Source: Candidatus Latescibacterota bacterium (GTDB lineage: Bacteria; Latescibacterota; UBA2968; GCA-2709665). Taken from it: a stretch of 64,000 bases of DNA. The stretch spans positions 4,832,001 through 4,896,000 of the forward strand of contig OZ241917.1 in NCBI GenBank assembly GCA_965203805.1. Reading direction: 5' to 3'. This document shows positions 46,899 through 57,373 of this stretch, piece after piece (positions within the stretch are counted from its first letter, which is position 1; each line of letters starts with the position of its first letter). The position numbers and the translations under genes are program-made. The notes beneath the pieces are model-generated. The model ran no database searches. It was given only the letters and a program-made list of their open reading frames with translations, and was not told the DNA's origin.

Positions 46899-47016
46899 GT
46901 TGGATCGGACGCCCGTTCCGCCCGCCCGGTCGTCGAGATCGGCCACGTGTGAACGGACGATCGGGTCCCGGCGCTCCCGGTGAGCGAATCGACAATACGG
47001 GAAAGGGAGGCAACGA

Positions 47017-48300
47017 ATGCAGCGCACGATGAAAATCGCGCTGATCGGCGCGGGGATGTTCGGCGGCGACGTGCACGCCAGGGCATTCGCCGATTTGCAG
47101 CGGATGGGAATCAGTGGAAATCTGGGGCGGGTCGGGCTGGACCGGTGGGCGCGGGACCTGGCCGACATACAGTTCGATCTGGTAGCCGTGGCCACGCGGT
47201 CCCGGGCATCGGCCGAGCGGGCGCGTGGGAACTTCAGGGCATCCACGGGGCGCGAGCCGGGAGCCTATTGGGGTGAAACGCCCTGGGAAGACGTGCTGCG
47301 CGATTTTCCGGACCTTGACGTTATGGCGGTGGTCACGCCGGACAATTTGCATACCGAAGTGACGCTGGCCGCGCTGCGGAACGGGTCGCACGTGGTGATG
47401 GAAAAACCGATGTGCCTGTCGATCGAGGAGGCGGACGAGATCATCGAGCTGGCCGACGCAAAGGGGCTGGTGGTCTGCGTGGATATGCACAAGCGGTACG
47501 ATCCCGACCATCTGCGGGTCCAGTACGACCTCTCCACGCGGATTGGCGAGCCGCTCTACGGCCAGGCCGGGCTCGAAGAGCCGCTGGAAGTCTCAACCAG
47601 CACGTTCAAGTGGGCGGAGCAAAGCGATCCGTTCAGTTATGTCGGTCCTCACTGGACGGACCTGATTTATAACTATTACAGGAGCAAACCGGTCGCGCTT
47701 TCCGCTGTCGGTCAGAAGAAACGGCTGCTTCGTGAGGGCATCAATGCCTACGACGCGGTTCAGGTGCGCGTTGAATTCGAAAACGGAATGAGCATCTATT
47801 TCCACAATAACTGGATCACGCCCGACGATTTCGAGGGCCCCGTGAATCAGGGCCATGAAATCGTGGGAACCGACGGCAAGGTGGAGTCGGACCAGCAGTA
47901 CCGGGGCCTGCGATTCTGGTACAACGGGGGCGGCAGCCGCACGGTGAACAACCATATGACGCGGGACGTCAGCCGGCCGGACGGCTCGGAGGCGTATATC
48001 GGCTACGGCGTGGACAGCATCACGGTGGGGCTGGTCGCCGCCTGCCGCATCAAATTCCTTGGGGAGACGCGGGAGGACGTGGACGGGATCTATCCGACCG
48101 CGGCGGACGGCCGGATAACGGTCGCGATCGTCGACGCGGCCAGGCGGGTGCGGGACCTGAATTTCAAGTATCTGCAGGAAGGGAAGGGGACGCCGGTGAC
48201 GGCCCGATTCGGGGACGACGGCATCACCATCATCGATCCTTACCGGGTCGACGAGGGACCGGAAGCCGTCTTTCAACGCATTTACAAAAAGCCTTTATAA
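47017..48300 (+). CDS. Gfo/Idh/MocA family oxidoreductase (long variant)
   Basis: IGAGMFG, TPDNLH, MEKP, HKRYDP. Confidence 0.88.
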   Translation: MQRTMKIALIGAGMFGGDVHARAFADLQRMGISGNLGRVGLDRWARDLADIQFDLVAVATRSRASAERARGNFRASTGREPGAYWGETPWEDVLRDFPDLDVMAVVTPDNLHTEVTLAALRNGSHVVMEKPMCLSIEEADEIIELADAKGLVVCVDMHKRYDPDHLRVQYDLSTRIGEPLYGQAGLEEPLEVSTSTFKWAEQSDPFSYVGPHWTDLIYNYYRSKPVALSAVGQKKRLLREGINAYDAVQVRVEFENGMSIYFHNNWITPDDFEGPVNQGHEIVGTDGKVESDQQYRGLRFWYNGGGSRTVNNHMTRDVSRPDGSEAYIGYGVDSITVGLVAACRIKFLGETREDVDGIYPTAADGRITVAIVDAARRVRDLNFKYLQEGKGTPVTARFGDDGITIIDPYRVDEGPEAVFQRIYKKPL

Positions 48301-48391
48301 CGGTGGACGGCAGCGGGCCGTGAGAGACGCCGCGCCTTCGGGTGCGCACGGCGTCCGCGGCTCGTCTTTTTTTTGAACTCAGGAGGATTCG

Positions 48392-49762
48392 ATGGGCAGG
48401 GAGTTCGATATCACACCCCGGGACGTTCCCCGCGTGGACACGAAATACAGGCGAATCGTCTCCAGACTGCCGCATCCGGAGTCGGTTCCGGTGCTCCAGG
48501 CGTTGCGCACCTTCGAGCCGACTTCCATGCGGGGGCAGCCGCCGGTCGTATGGGACCGCGCCGAGGACGTTTGCGTCTATGACGGGTACGGGAATGTGTG
48601 GCTGGATTGGAGTTCAGGGGTGCTGGTGACCAACGCGGGTCATGGGATGCCGGAGGTGCGGACGGCGATTCTGGACCAGGTCAACAACGGACTTCTGCAC
48701 AGTTACGTGTTCCCGAACGCCGCGAGGGCGAAGCTTGCGGAGTTTCTGATTCGGCTGGCGCCGGACGGTCTGGAAAAGGTGTTTCTGCTGACAACGGGTT
48801 CAGAAGCCACCGAGAATGCGATCAAGCTGGCGCGCACGTGGGGAATCAGGCAGGGCGGGAGCCGCAAGATCGGGATCGTGGGTTTTGAGCGGGGATTCCA
48901 CGGGCGTACGATGGGGGCGCAGCAGGCCGGCGGCATGCCCGGGCAGAAGGACTGGATCGTGAATGAGGATCCCGCCATCGTACAGGTCGCCTTTCCGGAC
49001 GGATACTGGACCGGGAATACCGATTTCGACCACTTCTGCGCGACGCTGAAGAAAAGCGGGTTGAATGCCGACGACGTCGCGGCGGTGATCGTGGAGACCT
49101 ACCAGGGCGTGGGGCCGGATTTTCTTCCGGTCGAATACGCGAGAGCGCTGGCCGAATGGTGCGGGGCGCACGGGGCCCTGCTGATCTTCGACGAGGTTCA
49201 GGCGGGGTTCGGGCGGACCGGAACCATGTGGGGGTTCGAACACTACGGCATCACGCCGGATCTGATCACGTTCGGCAAGGGCGTGAGCAGTTCCCTGCCG
49301 CTGTCGGGCGTGATCGGCCGGACGGAAGTGATGGATCAGTACCCTCCCGGTTCCATGACCAGTACGCATACCGGCAATCCGGTCTGCGCGGCGGCGGCGC
49401 TGGCCAGCCTCAAGAAAATCGTGAATGACGACCTGGCGGGCAATGCCGCCCGGCTGGAGGCGGTCATGATGGACGGTTTGCGAGAAATTCAGGCCCGTCA
49501 TCCGCGCGTGATCGGGAACTGCACGGGCAAGGGGCTGGTGGCGGGACTGCAGATGGTCAAACCGGGTCTGAAGGAGCCCGACCCGGATCTGGCCTTCGAC
49601 GTGGTGGAACGCTGTTTTCACAAGGGGTTGCTGTTCTTCGCGCCCGTGGGGTCCTGGGGGCAGACGGTCAAGGTCTCGCCGCCGCTGACCATTACGGCGG
49701 ACGCCGTGGTCGACGGGTTGACGGTGTTGGGCGAATCCGTGGATGAGGCCGTAGGGAGTTGA
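48392..49762 (+). CDS. Class III PLP aminotransferase
   Basis: DWSSGV, GSEATE, FHGRT, DEVQAGFGRTG, GKG. Confidence 0.93.
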   Translation: MGREFDITPRDVPRVDTKYRRIVSRLPHPESVPVLQALRTFEPTSMRGQPPVVWDRAEDVCVYDGYGNVWLDWSSGVLVTNAGHGMPEVRTAILDQVNNGLLHSYVFPNAARAKLAEFLIRLAPDGLEKVFLLTTGSEATENAIKLARTWGIRQGGSRKIGIVGFERGFHGRTMGAQQAGGMPGQKDWIVNEDPAIVQVAFPDGYWTGNTDFDHFCATLKKSGLNADDVAAVIVETYQGVGPDFLPVEYARALAEWCGAHGALLIFDEVQAGFGRTGTMWGFEHYGITPDLITFGKGVSSSLPLSGVIGRTEVMDQYPPGSMTSTHTGNPVCAAAALASLKKIVNDDLAGNAARLEAVMMDGLREIQARHPRVIGNCTGKGLVAGLQMVKPGLKEPDPDLAFDVVERCFHKGLLFFAPVGSWGQTVKVSPPLTITADAVVDGLTVLGESVDEAVGS

Positions 49763-49843
49763 CCGTCTGATGTCCAATCGGGAACAGAAAAGGCGGGCGG
49801 CGGAGAACGTCGCTCGCCTTCGCCCTTCCAAGGAGGAATATCG

Positions 49844-51031
49844 ATGGATTTGTACGAGAAGTACAGGCTGACTCGCGTCATCAACGCGTGCGGTAAAATG
49901 ACCCATCTGGCAGGGGCGATCGTATTGCCCGACGTGATAGAAGAGGTGACGCACGCAATGGGCTGCTTCTACGATCTGGACGAACTCCAGGACCGCGCGG
50001 GGGAGGTGATTGCACGCGCCACAGGCGCCCAGTGGGGGTGCGTTACCGCGTGCACTGCCGCGGGCATTTCGCTGGGAGTGGCGGCGGCGATGACCGGAAA
50101 CGATCTGGGCCGGGTCTGGCAACTACCGGACACCACCGGGATGGCCAATGAGGTCGTCATCCAGAAGGGCCACGCGGTAAACTTCGGAGCCCCGGTGACG
50201 CAGATGGTCCGGCTGGCCGGCGCCGCCGCCGTGGAGATCGGGACGGTGCACCGTTCGACCGAGGAACAACTCAGGCACGCCATTGGCGAGCGGACCGCGG
50301 CCGTGGTGTTCGTGGTGTCGCACCACACCGTCCGGTACGGCGCCCTGCCCCTCACCCGCGTCGTCAGGATCGCACACGAGCACGGCGTCCCCGTGATCGT
50401 CGATGGGGCCGCGCAATCGTTTGTAATCAAAGAGATCCTGGGCGCCGGGGCGGACCTGGTCATTTGCAGCGGCCACAAGTATCTCTCGGGTACCACGGCA
50501 GGCGTCGTCTGCGGCCGTGAAGATCTGGTGCGGGCGGTGAACCTGCAGAACCGGGGGATCGGTAGGCCGATGAAGGTAGGCAAGGAGGGAATCGTCGGCG
50601 CGATGGCGGCGCTGGAGTACCGGATGCGCCTGGACGTGGCGGGCTGGGAGGCGGAGCAGAACCGGAAAATGGAACGGGTGATGTCGCGCCTGGACGGCAT
50701 CGACGGCATCGGTCTCAGCGTGGATGCCGATCCCAACGGGAATCCGTTCAGCCGCGCGCGTGTGACGGTGGACGCGGACAAAACCGGATTGAGCGCTGCG
50801 GTGATCAACCTCGCGATGTTGGAAGGTGATCCGTCCATCCGGCTTCGCGCGCACCATACCGACGAAGGATATTTCACCGTGGATGCGATGGAAATGACGG
50901 ACGAGGAGGTGGAATTGACGTGCGACCGGCTGGTGGGGATACTTTCGGCTCCGCCTGCCGAAAAAGCGATGTTGATGGAAAGACTCGGAGACGAGGCCGC
51001 GGTGCCCGCGCAGTGGTCGTGGCTGCGCTGA
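49844..51031 (+). CDS. SelA-like PLP enzyme (DgaE/D-glucosaminate-6-phosphate ammonia-lyase-like)
   Basis: VINACGKMTHL, VDGAA, SGHKYL, GIGRPMKVGKE. Confidence 0.85.
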   Translation: MDLYEKYRLTRVINACGKMTHLAGAIVLPDVIEEVTHAMGCFYDLDELQDRAGEVIARATGAQWGCVTACTAAGISLGVAAAMTGNDLGRVWQLPDTTGMANEVVIQKGHAVNFGAPVTQMVRLAGAAAVEIGTVHRSTEEQLRHAIGERTAAVVFVVSHHTVRYGALPLTRVVRIAHEHGVPVIVDGAAQSFVIKEILGAGADLVICSGHKYLSGTTAGVVCGREDLVRAVNLQNRGIGRPMKVGKEGIVGAMAALEYRMRLDVAGWEAEQNRKMERVMSRLDGIDGIGLSVDADPNGNPFSRARVTVDADKTGLSAAVINLAMLEGDPSIRLRAHHTDEGYFTVDAMEMTDEEVELTCDRLVGILSAPPAEKAMLMERLGDEAAVPAQWSWLR

Positions 51032-51120
51032 TATCCCGTGTCGGCGCCGTGCCGCCGGGAAGAGCGCCCCGTAAGCGCACTCCGCGGAGACGATTCAGGA
51101 GGTAGGCTATTTCAGGAAAC

Positions 51121-51759
51121 CTATAGCTTCTCGACAGTCAGGTTCCGGTATTTCGCGCCCGTGCGCTGAACCTCCAGCCAGATCGACACCGGAAACCTCG
51201 GTTCGAATGGGTGGCTCAACCGAACGGTTCCACCCTCGACCGTGAAGTTGGCGCCGTCAACCGTACAGACCACGTCGTACCATCTGCCTGCCTCAACCTG
51301 AAAATCCGCGTCGGACTCGACATTCCAGGGCCCGTAGATTCCGGATTCGTCGAAGATCTTGCGACCGCTGTCGATCTGTATAGAATGAGGTCTGTCGTCG
51401 TCCATCGCCACGAGCATATTGTCGCCGGCGGCGTCCACGAACCCCACGATCTTGCCGTCGCTCCGTGACCGTTCAAGGATCGACACCTGGTACCGGAGTC
51501 GAAACGGTCTGTCCACGACCCTCTCGGATATCAGGTATTGAATCCGGTTGGAGGAGGGACATACGATCGCGCCGTCCTGAACGGTCCACTGGTCCGAGAG
51601 AGGCCACCACCCCTCGAGCGATTTCCCGTCGAAGAGATCGGCGCTGTCGCCCTCCACTGTTCGCCATCGATCCACTTCGACATCGCCGCGTGACAGCAGA
51701 ACGACGGCCAACACAACGTTGGCCAGCAGGCTGGCGGCGGTCAGGACTTTCAGCTTCAT
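51121..51759 (-). CDS. DUF1080 (3-keto-disaccharide hydrolase-like) membrane-anchored protein
   Basis: N-terminal TM; LFDGKSLEGW, WTVQDGAI, YRNL. Confidence 0.7.
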   Translation of the reverse strand: MKLKVLTAASLLANVVLAVVLLSRGDVEVDRWRTVEGDSADLFDGKSLEGWWPLSDQWTVQDGAIVCPSSNRIQYLISERVVDRPFRLRYQVSILERSRSDGKIVGFVDAAGDNMLVAMDDDRPHSIQIDSGRKIFDESGIYGPWNVESDADFQVEAGRWYDVVCTVDGANFTVEGGTVRLSHPFEPRFPVSIWLEVQRTGAKYRNLTVEKL

Positions 51760-51790
51760 CCGCAGCCTCCATTATCCTCCGGCAAACCCG

Positions 51791-53038
51791 TCAGTTGCCC
51801 AGGTGGGGCCCGCCGCCGAACACCCGGGCGATGTCATTCCGGATGTCTTGTTCGGTCAGCGGCCAGCCCGCATTCCTCAGCGCTTCGTACTTCCGGTTGA
51901 ATACCGGCGCGATGGTTCTTACGGAATGGGTCCATTTGTAGAGCAGTTGGTCCAGGACCCGGGCATCGGAGTGTTGTGGCACGAAGCTGGTGCCGAGAAG
52001 TTCGAGGCGCTGCGCCGTGATTTCCTCGATGATGCTGGGGTTGTTCAGGAACCACCAGCAGCCGAAAGGCGTCACGTTGGGGAACTTTCTGGCGGCCACG
52101 CAGAGTTCGTGCTGGTTCTCGCGGGAAAGCAGCGTGACGAGGAAGCTCACGTCGGGCCATTCGCGGGCGATGTTCTCGAGTACGGTGACGTCCCATTTTC
52201 CCAGGCCGTCGCCCCCGTCCCGCAACAGGGTGTTGACCCCTCGTCTGACGCCCACCATCATCGCGGCGGGAATCCCGTGATCACGGGCCGTGGGGTAAAC
52301 CACGGCGCCCAGCAGCTTCGCAACGGCGGACCGGGATGGATAGGCGAAGTCGGGCGGGAGGGAAATGGCCAGGTAACGGGCATCCATTCGCGCAATGCAG
52401 TCGTCGAGGTAGCGGCGAAGTTCCGCAATCGTCCGGGGCGAGAGGTCGTTTTCCACCCTGTAACCCAGCGCGTTCAATTTCGCGACGGCCGCGGGCCAGC
52501 CGACCAGGGCACTGTCCAGCCGGAGGGCGGCTGCAAAACGGGGGTCCCGATCGAATCCCGCCTGCCACAGGGCGCCCTCCAGTTCGTCCAGAGGATCGTT
52601 GGTCATATATACGCGGGCGACGCCGGACTTGCTGAAAATGAGATCGACGTAGGCTTCCGGGTCCGTCTTTGAGAAGAATGCACGGAATTCGGACAGGGAT
52701 TCGGCCCGGGGGTTCAGGCCCAGCGCCGACATAACGGTCACCACGCCCAGCTGGGCTTCGGACAGCGGACTGCCGCTTCCCGCGAAGAGCGTGCGCCAGA
52801 CAACGTCGGCCTGGTGCGGTTTCGGCAATGCGTTGAACTTCCTGACGGAGACCCCGGCGGGAAGCTGGCGGCAGGTTTCGACCTTGAGATAATGGTAGGT
52901 AAGCAGTTCGTCGGGCCCCATCAGGCAGAGCGGACCCATCTGAGTCGGATAGAGGTGGGTGTGAATGTCGACGAATGCTTGATTCTCGAAGGCCCTGGCG
53001 ACCGCTTCGCTGACGGAGAAACCGGCGGTGGATGCCAT
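51791..53038 (-). CDS. uxaC: Uronate isomerase (amidohydrolase superfamily, divergent UxaC type)
   Basis: DIHTH, LLTYHYL, MTNDP, FGCWWF, QHSDARVLDQL.YKW.H. Confidence 0.85.
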   Translation of the reverse strand: MASTAGFSVSEAVARAFENQAFVDIHTHLYPTQMGPLCLMGPDELLTYHYLKVETCRQLPAGVSVRKFNALPKPHQADVVWRTLFAGSGSPLSEAQLGVVTVMSALGLNPRAESLSEFRAFFSKTDPEAYVDLIFSKSGVARVYMTNDPLDELEGALWQAGFDRDPRFAAALRLDSALVGWPAAVAKLNALGYRVENDLSPRTIAELRRYLDDCIARMDARYLAISLPPDFAYPSRSAVAKLLGAVVYPTARDHGIPAAMMVGVRRGVNTLLRDGGDGLGKWDVTVLENIAREWPDVSFLVTLLSRENQHELCVAARKFPNVTPFGCWWFLNNPSIIEEITAQRLELLGTSFVPQHSDARVLDQLLYKWTHSVRTIAPVFNRKYEALRNAGWPLTEQDIRNDIARVFGGGPHLGN

Positions 53039-53133
53039 GTCCCTTCCTCTATTGACTGTGCCGCGCACGGCGGGAACGCGGAACGATGACCGTTACGCGG
53101 AGCCGCATTGCGAGGCCTTCACAACACCGGTTC

Positions 53134-54102
53134 TCAGACTGTCTGGATGAGATATCCCTTTTCCTTATCGACCACGTTCATCAGAGGTTCCTCAGCCAGA
53201 AAGCGCCGCAGGTTCTCCCGGAAGATTCGAAGGATATTCCCGCGTCCCTCGGGAGAGTACCCGGCGGAGTGGGGTGCGAACACGACGTTCGGCATGTCCC
53301 ACAAAGGACTGGAATCCGGCAGCGGTTCCTCTGCGAAGACGTCCAGGCCGGCCCCGGCGATTCGTTTTTCCTGAAGCGCCCGGACCAGGTCGGATTCGTT
53401 GACGATGGGACCGCGTGCGATATTCACCAGAAAGGCCGTTTCTTTCATCCGGCTGAAGCAGGCCGCGTTGATGATGCCATTCGTGTTTGCGGTCAACGGC
53501 AGCGCGACGACGACGTAATCGGCGTCGGCGATTGCGGCCAGCAGCCTGTCGGGCCTGAACAGTCTGCCAATGCCTGCGGGCGGCGTCGCCACCTGGGCGT
53601 CGACAGCGGTCACCGCAAGGCCGAGAGCATCGAGCCGGACCGCGATGCTGCGCCCGATGGATCCCAGGCCGAGCACGCATGCCGTCTTTCCATGGATCTG
53701 AGAGAGCGCCCCGATGTGCCGGTCCCAGACGCGGTCCTTCCGGTCGCGTTCGAAGTGCATGAGTCCCCGCGCATGGGCGAGCATGAAAGCAAGCGCCTGT
53801 TCCGCCATCGCGGCGTCGAAGGCGCCGGCGGTATTGGTAATGACCACGTCGCTCCGGATCATTTCCGGATACAGCATGGTTTCGAATCCCACGCCGATAC
53901 TCTGAACCCACCTGAGTCTCTTCGCCTTCAGAAACGGGTTCCGCGGCAACCGCCCGTAGACGACGTCCGCGTCCGCAATCTCCCGCAGGAGGTCTTCGTC
54001 GGAATGCGCCGCGACCGCCTTCACGCACGGAGAAACGGATTCGAGCTCTTCGCGCCACTCCGTCCAGGGTCCGGCCATAATGATGACTTTAACGGTGTCC
54101 AT
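53134..54102 (-). CDS. D-2-hydroxyacid dehydrogenase
   Basis: GLGSIG, NIARG, LDVFAEEPL, PHSAG. Confidence 0.92.
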   Translation of the reverse strand: MDTVKVIIMAGPWTEWREELESVSPCVKAVAAHSDEDLLREIADADVVYGRLPRNPFLKAKRLRWVQSIGVGFETMLYPEMIRSDVVITNTAGAFDAAMAEQALAFMLAHARGLMHFERDRKDRVWDRHIGALSQIHGKTACVLGLGSIGRSIAVRLDALGLAVTAVDAQVATPPAGIGRLFRPDRLLAAIADADYVVVALPLTANTNGIINAACFSRMKETAFLVNIARGPIVNESDLVRALQEKRIAGAGLDVFAEEPLPDSSPLWDMPNVVFAPHSAGYSPEGRGNILRIFRENLRRFLAEEPLMNVVDKEKGYLIQTV

Positions 54103-54231
54103 CGCAGTCCTTAATGACAGGCAGATGACATTCACGGAAGCAACACGCCGCCGCCGCGCCGAACCGTCCCCGAACGCGGTCGACGCGACGGCCGTGTCGG
54201 GAACGACGGATTTGCGAGCGTGGCGAAACCT

Positions 54232-54260
54232 AGTATATTCCTTTCGGTGGTGCAAGTCAA
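54232..54260 (-). promoter_or_regulatory. sigma70-like promoter
   Basis: Minus strand TTGACT-17 nt-TATACT. Confidence 0.6.
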
Positions 54261-54454
54261 GGATCGAGAGCCGACGACGGTCCGGAACAAGCGCGATGGC
54301 GCCATGGACGGCAACGTTCCGGTTCCATGGCCGTCCGGATTGCTTGACCGGCACGGCAGACGCCTGCGTCAGGGCGCCGTTGCGATCGGTCCGGATCGAA
54401 TCCTGACGTTCAGACTCGAATTGAGCAGATTTCGGAGATTTTTTCAGTCGTCTA

Positions 54455-54482
54455 TTGCCTTTTGACGCGATTTTATTATAAT
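54455..54482 (+). promoter_or_regulatory. sigma70-like promoter for the TonB-dependent receptor
   Basis: TTGCCT-16 nt-TATAAT in an AT-rich stretch. Confidence 0.5.
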
Positions 54483-54597
54483 AGTTATGAGGAATAAGGT
54501 CTGTTGCAATTTGCTACACCAGGTGCGTAATCTCCCGCCGGCCTTGATCTCATCCAAGACGGCGTTTCGCGAAACCCGAAACATAAGGAATTCCGCA

Positions 54598-57249
54598 ATG
54601 ACGTTCTGTTCCAGATTCAAGTTGACGAATCGTGTTTTCAGGTCCGTTGCCCCTACAGTAGCCGCGCTTTTCTTCATGACCGGCGTCGCCGCGTCGCAGG
54701 AGTCCGAGGCCACGGCCGACACCGATTCTTCGGAAATCATCCTCGATGAAATCGTCGAACTCGAAGAACTGGTCGTGATCGGGTCCCGGCGCCCGCGCTC
54801 CGTAACGAAATCGGTCGTGCCCATCGACGTGGTCAGCAGCGAGGATTTCGTCAAGCAGGGCGGCACCGACATGACCGACCTGTTGAGAAACGTGATTCCC
54901 TCCTATAACGTCAACACCCAGCCCATCAGCGACGCCGGAACCGTTGTCCGGCCGCCGAACCTTCGCGGTCTGGCGCCCGACCACGCGCTGGTGCTCGTCA
55001 ACGGCAAACGCCGGCATCGGGCCGCCGTGATCCACTGGCTGGGCAACGGCGTCGCGGACGGCGCGCAGGGCCCCGACCTGACCGCCATACCGGCCATCGC
55101 CCTGAAACGTGTGGAGGTCCTCCGTGACGGCGCCTCGGCGCAGTATGGATCCGATGCGATCGCAGGTGTGCTGGACTTCCGCCTGAAGGACAACAACGAG
55201 GGAATGGCCGCGGATGTGAAGGTGGGAAGTTTTCAGGATGGGGAAGGGAAGTTCCTGGGCGACGGCGAGATGTTCACGGCCGCGTTCAACATCGGTCTGG
55301 GCAATGAGAACACGTGGGCCAACCTCAGCCTGGAATATGGCAATACCGGTGAAACCATCCGTTCCGTGCAGCGCAACGACGCCGCGGGGCTGATTTCGGC
55401 GGGCAATACCGAGGTGGCGAATCCAGCCCAGATCTGGGGCCAGCCATTCGTTCGCGACGACCTGAAAATCTTCGCCAACTACGGCGCCACCCTGGGCGAA
55501 AGCGTCGATTTCTACGGCCACGCGAACTATGCCGACAAGGAAACGGAGGGCGGGTTCTATTTCCGGAATCCACATACCCGCAGCGGTGTGTTCAAAGGGC
55601 CGTTAATCGATCTGGACGGGGACGGCGAGGCCGAGACGCCATCCCTGCTGGTCGGCGATCTGGACGGTGTGGGTCAGGGCAGCGAATGTGCGCCGGTCCC
55701 CATCATTGACAACAGACCCGAACAGAACGCGTGGCTCCAGGTTCGCGACGATCCCAACTGCTTCTCCTTCCTGAAGATGTTTCCAGGGGGATTCACGCCA
55801 CGGTTCGGCGCATTTACCACGGATGAATCCATCCTCATGGGCATCAAAGGAAGTGGGATCGGACAGCAGCCGCTGGCGTCCTGGGATCTGAGCATGTCGT
55901 ACGGACGTCACGAGGCGGACTACTTCATTTTCAATACCGTGAACGCATCCATGGGTCCCGCAACGCCCACGTATTTCGATCCGGGTTCCTACGTCCAGTC
56001 GGACGTCACCGTGGATTTGGGTGTGACCTACCCCGTGAACCCGCAGGTCTTCCTTGCGGCGGGTCTCGAATACCGGAAAGAAACGTTTGAGATCGTCGAG
56101 GGACAGATCGAGTCCTATATTATCGGCCAGCCGCTGGCCAGCCAGGGATTCCAGCCGGCGACGAACGGCTTTTCCGGCTTCAGCAAAGTGGCCGCCGGCA
56201 GGTGGTCGAGACCGAACATCGCGGTATACGCGGAAGGGGACATTCAGCCCTCGGACCGGGCGTCATTTTCCCTTGCTCTGCGCCAGGAGCGTTTCGACGA
56301 ATTGAAAACGTTGTCGAATACTCCGCCGTTGTCATCCGAGACGTACAATTCCAGCAACTACAAGGCTGCTTTCAACATAGGCTTAACCGAGGACGCCAGG
56401 GTGCGCGGCAGTTACAGCACCGGCTTCAGGGCGCCCACGCCGGGCCAGCAGAGCGCCTTCAACATCACCACCGAGTTCAACTTCGAGAAGAACGACCTGG
56501 TGAACAACGGAACGGTCCCCTCCACAAGCCGGGCGGCCGCGTTGAAAGGGGCAAAGCCTCTGGTGCCCGAGAAGTCCAAAAACCTCTCTCTGGGTGTCGT
56601 CCTGGATATGGGCAATGCAAGCATGACGGTCGATTACTTCGACATCAGGGTGAACGACCGCCTGACGGTTTCGCAGGACTTTGCGCTTACTGATCCTGAG
56701 AGGGAGCAACTCATCCGGGAGGGCCTCACCAGCGCGGCAGGGCTGCAGGAATTCCGCTTCTTCACCAACGACTTTAACTCCAAGACCCAGGGCATCGACG
56801 TGGTAATTTCCGTTCCGGTAGGGCTGGGCGCGATGAACGTCGCATACAACTACACGGGTACGAAGGTTACGGAACACAATCCGGAAATTCTGGACGATCT
56901 CCGGCTCAGGGAACTGGAGGAAAACCTTCCCAAGCAGCGCGGGAACCTGACCCTGACCCAGACGCTCACGAGCCGCTGGGACGTGCTGGGCCGCATCAAC
57001 TATTTCGGCAAATGGTACGACTCCGAAGACGACCAGGTGTACAGCGGCAAGGTCCTGATCGACGCCGAGACCAGCGTCTCGTTCGACGACTACAGGTCTA
57101 CGATCGCAATCGGCGCGCAGAACATCCTCAATACCTATCCCGACGAGCACGAGTTGGCCCGGGACAGGACGGGCAACAGGTACAGCCAGTTCAGCCCGTT
57201 CGGTTTCGGCGGCGCGTTCTGGTACGCGAAATACAGCTTTAACTATTAG
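54598..57249 (+). CDS. TonB-dependent receptor
   Basis: TonB box EELVVIGSR; plug LRGL...LVLVNGKR; VEVLRDGASAQYGSDAIAGV; GFRAP; aromatic C-terminus. Confidence 0.95.
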   Translation: MTFCSRFKLTNRVFRSVAPTVAALFFMTGVAASQESEATADTDSSEIILDEIVELEELVVIGSRRPRSVTKSVVPIDVVSSEDFVKQGGTDMTDLLRNVIPSYNVNTQPISDAGTVVRPPNLRGLAPDHALVLVNGKRRHRAAVIHWLGNGVADGAQGPDLTAIPAIALKRVEVLRDGASAQYGSDAIAGVLDFRLKDNNEGMAADVKVGSFQDGEGKFLGDGEMFTAAFNIGLGNENTWANLSLEYGNTGETIRSVQRNDAAGLISAGNTEVANPAQIWGQPFVRDDLKIFANYGATLGESVDFYGHANYADKETEGGFYFRNPHTRSGVFKGPLIDLDGDGEAETPSLLVGDLDGVGQGSECAPVPIIDNRPEQNAWLQVRDDPNCFSFLKMFPGGFTPRFGAFTTDESILMGIKGSGIGQQPLASWDLSMSYGRHEADYFIFNTVNASMGPATPTYFDPGSYVQSDVTVDLGVTYPVNPQVFLAAGLEYRKETFEIVEGQIESYIIGQPLASQGFQPATNGFSGFSKVAAGRWSRPNIAVYAEGDIQPSDRASFSLALRQERFDELKTLSNTPPLSSETYNSSNYKAAFNIGLTEDARVRGSYSTGFRAPTPGQQSAFNITTEFNFEKNDLVNNGTVPSTSRAAALKGAKPLVPEKSKNLSLGVVLDMGNASMTVDYFDIRVNDRLTVSQDFALTDPEREQLIREGLTSAAGLQEFRFFTNDFNSKTQGIDVVISVPVGLGAMNVAYNYTGTKVTEHNPEILDDLRLRELEENLPKQRGNLTLTQTLTSRWDVLGRINYFGKWYDSEDDQVYSGKVLIDAETSVSFDDYRSTIAIGAQNILNTYPDEHELARDRTGNRYSQFSPFGFGGAFWYAKYSFNY

Positions 57250-57305
57250 ACTTCATCGGCCCGCCCCATGCAAAAACGGGTGGCGCGCGTCGATTCGCAC
57301 AGAAG

Positions 57306-57344
57306 AAAACGCAACGGCTGGATGTATGGCCGTTGCGTTTTTTT
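57306..57344. terminator. Bidirectional intrinsic terminator between convergent genes
   Basis: AAAACGCAACGGC...GCCGTTGCGTTTTTTT. Confidence 0.8.
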
Positions 57345-57373
57345 TATGGTCGGTTGGCGTGTCGGGGCTTGAC

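Noticed and set aside
49844-51031. Selenocysteine synthase selA
   Set aside because: Shorter than SelA, with no selB/selC nearby. Motifs fit the DgaE-like branch.
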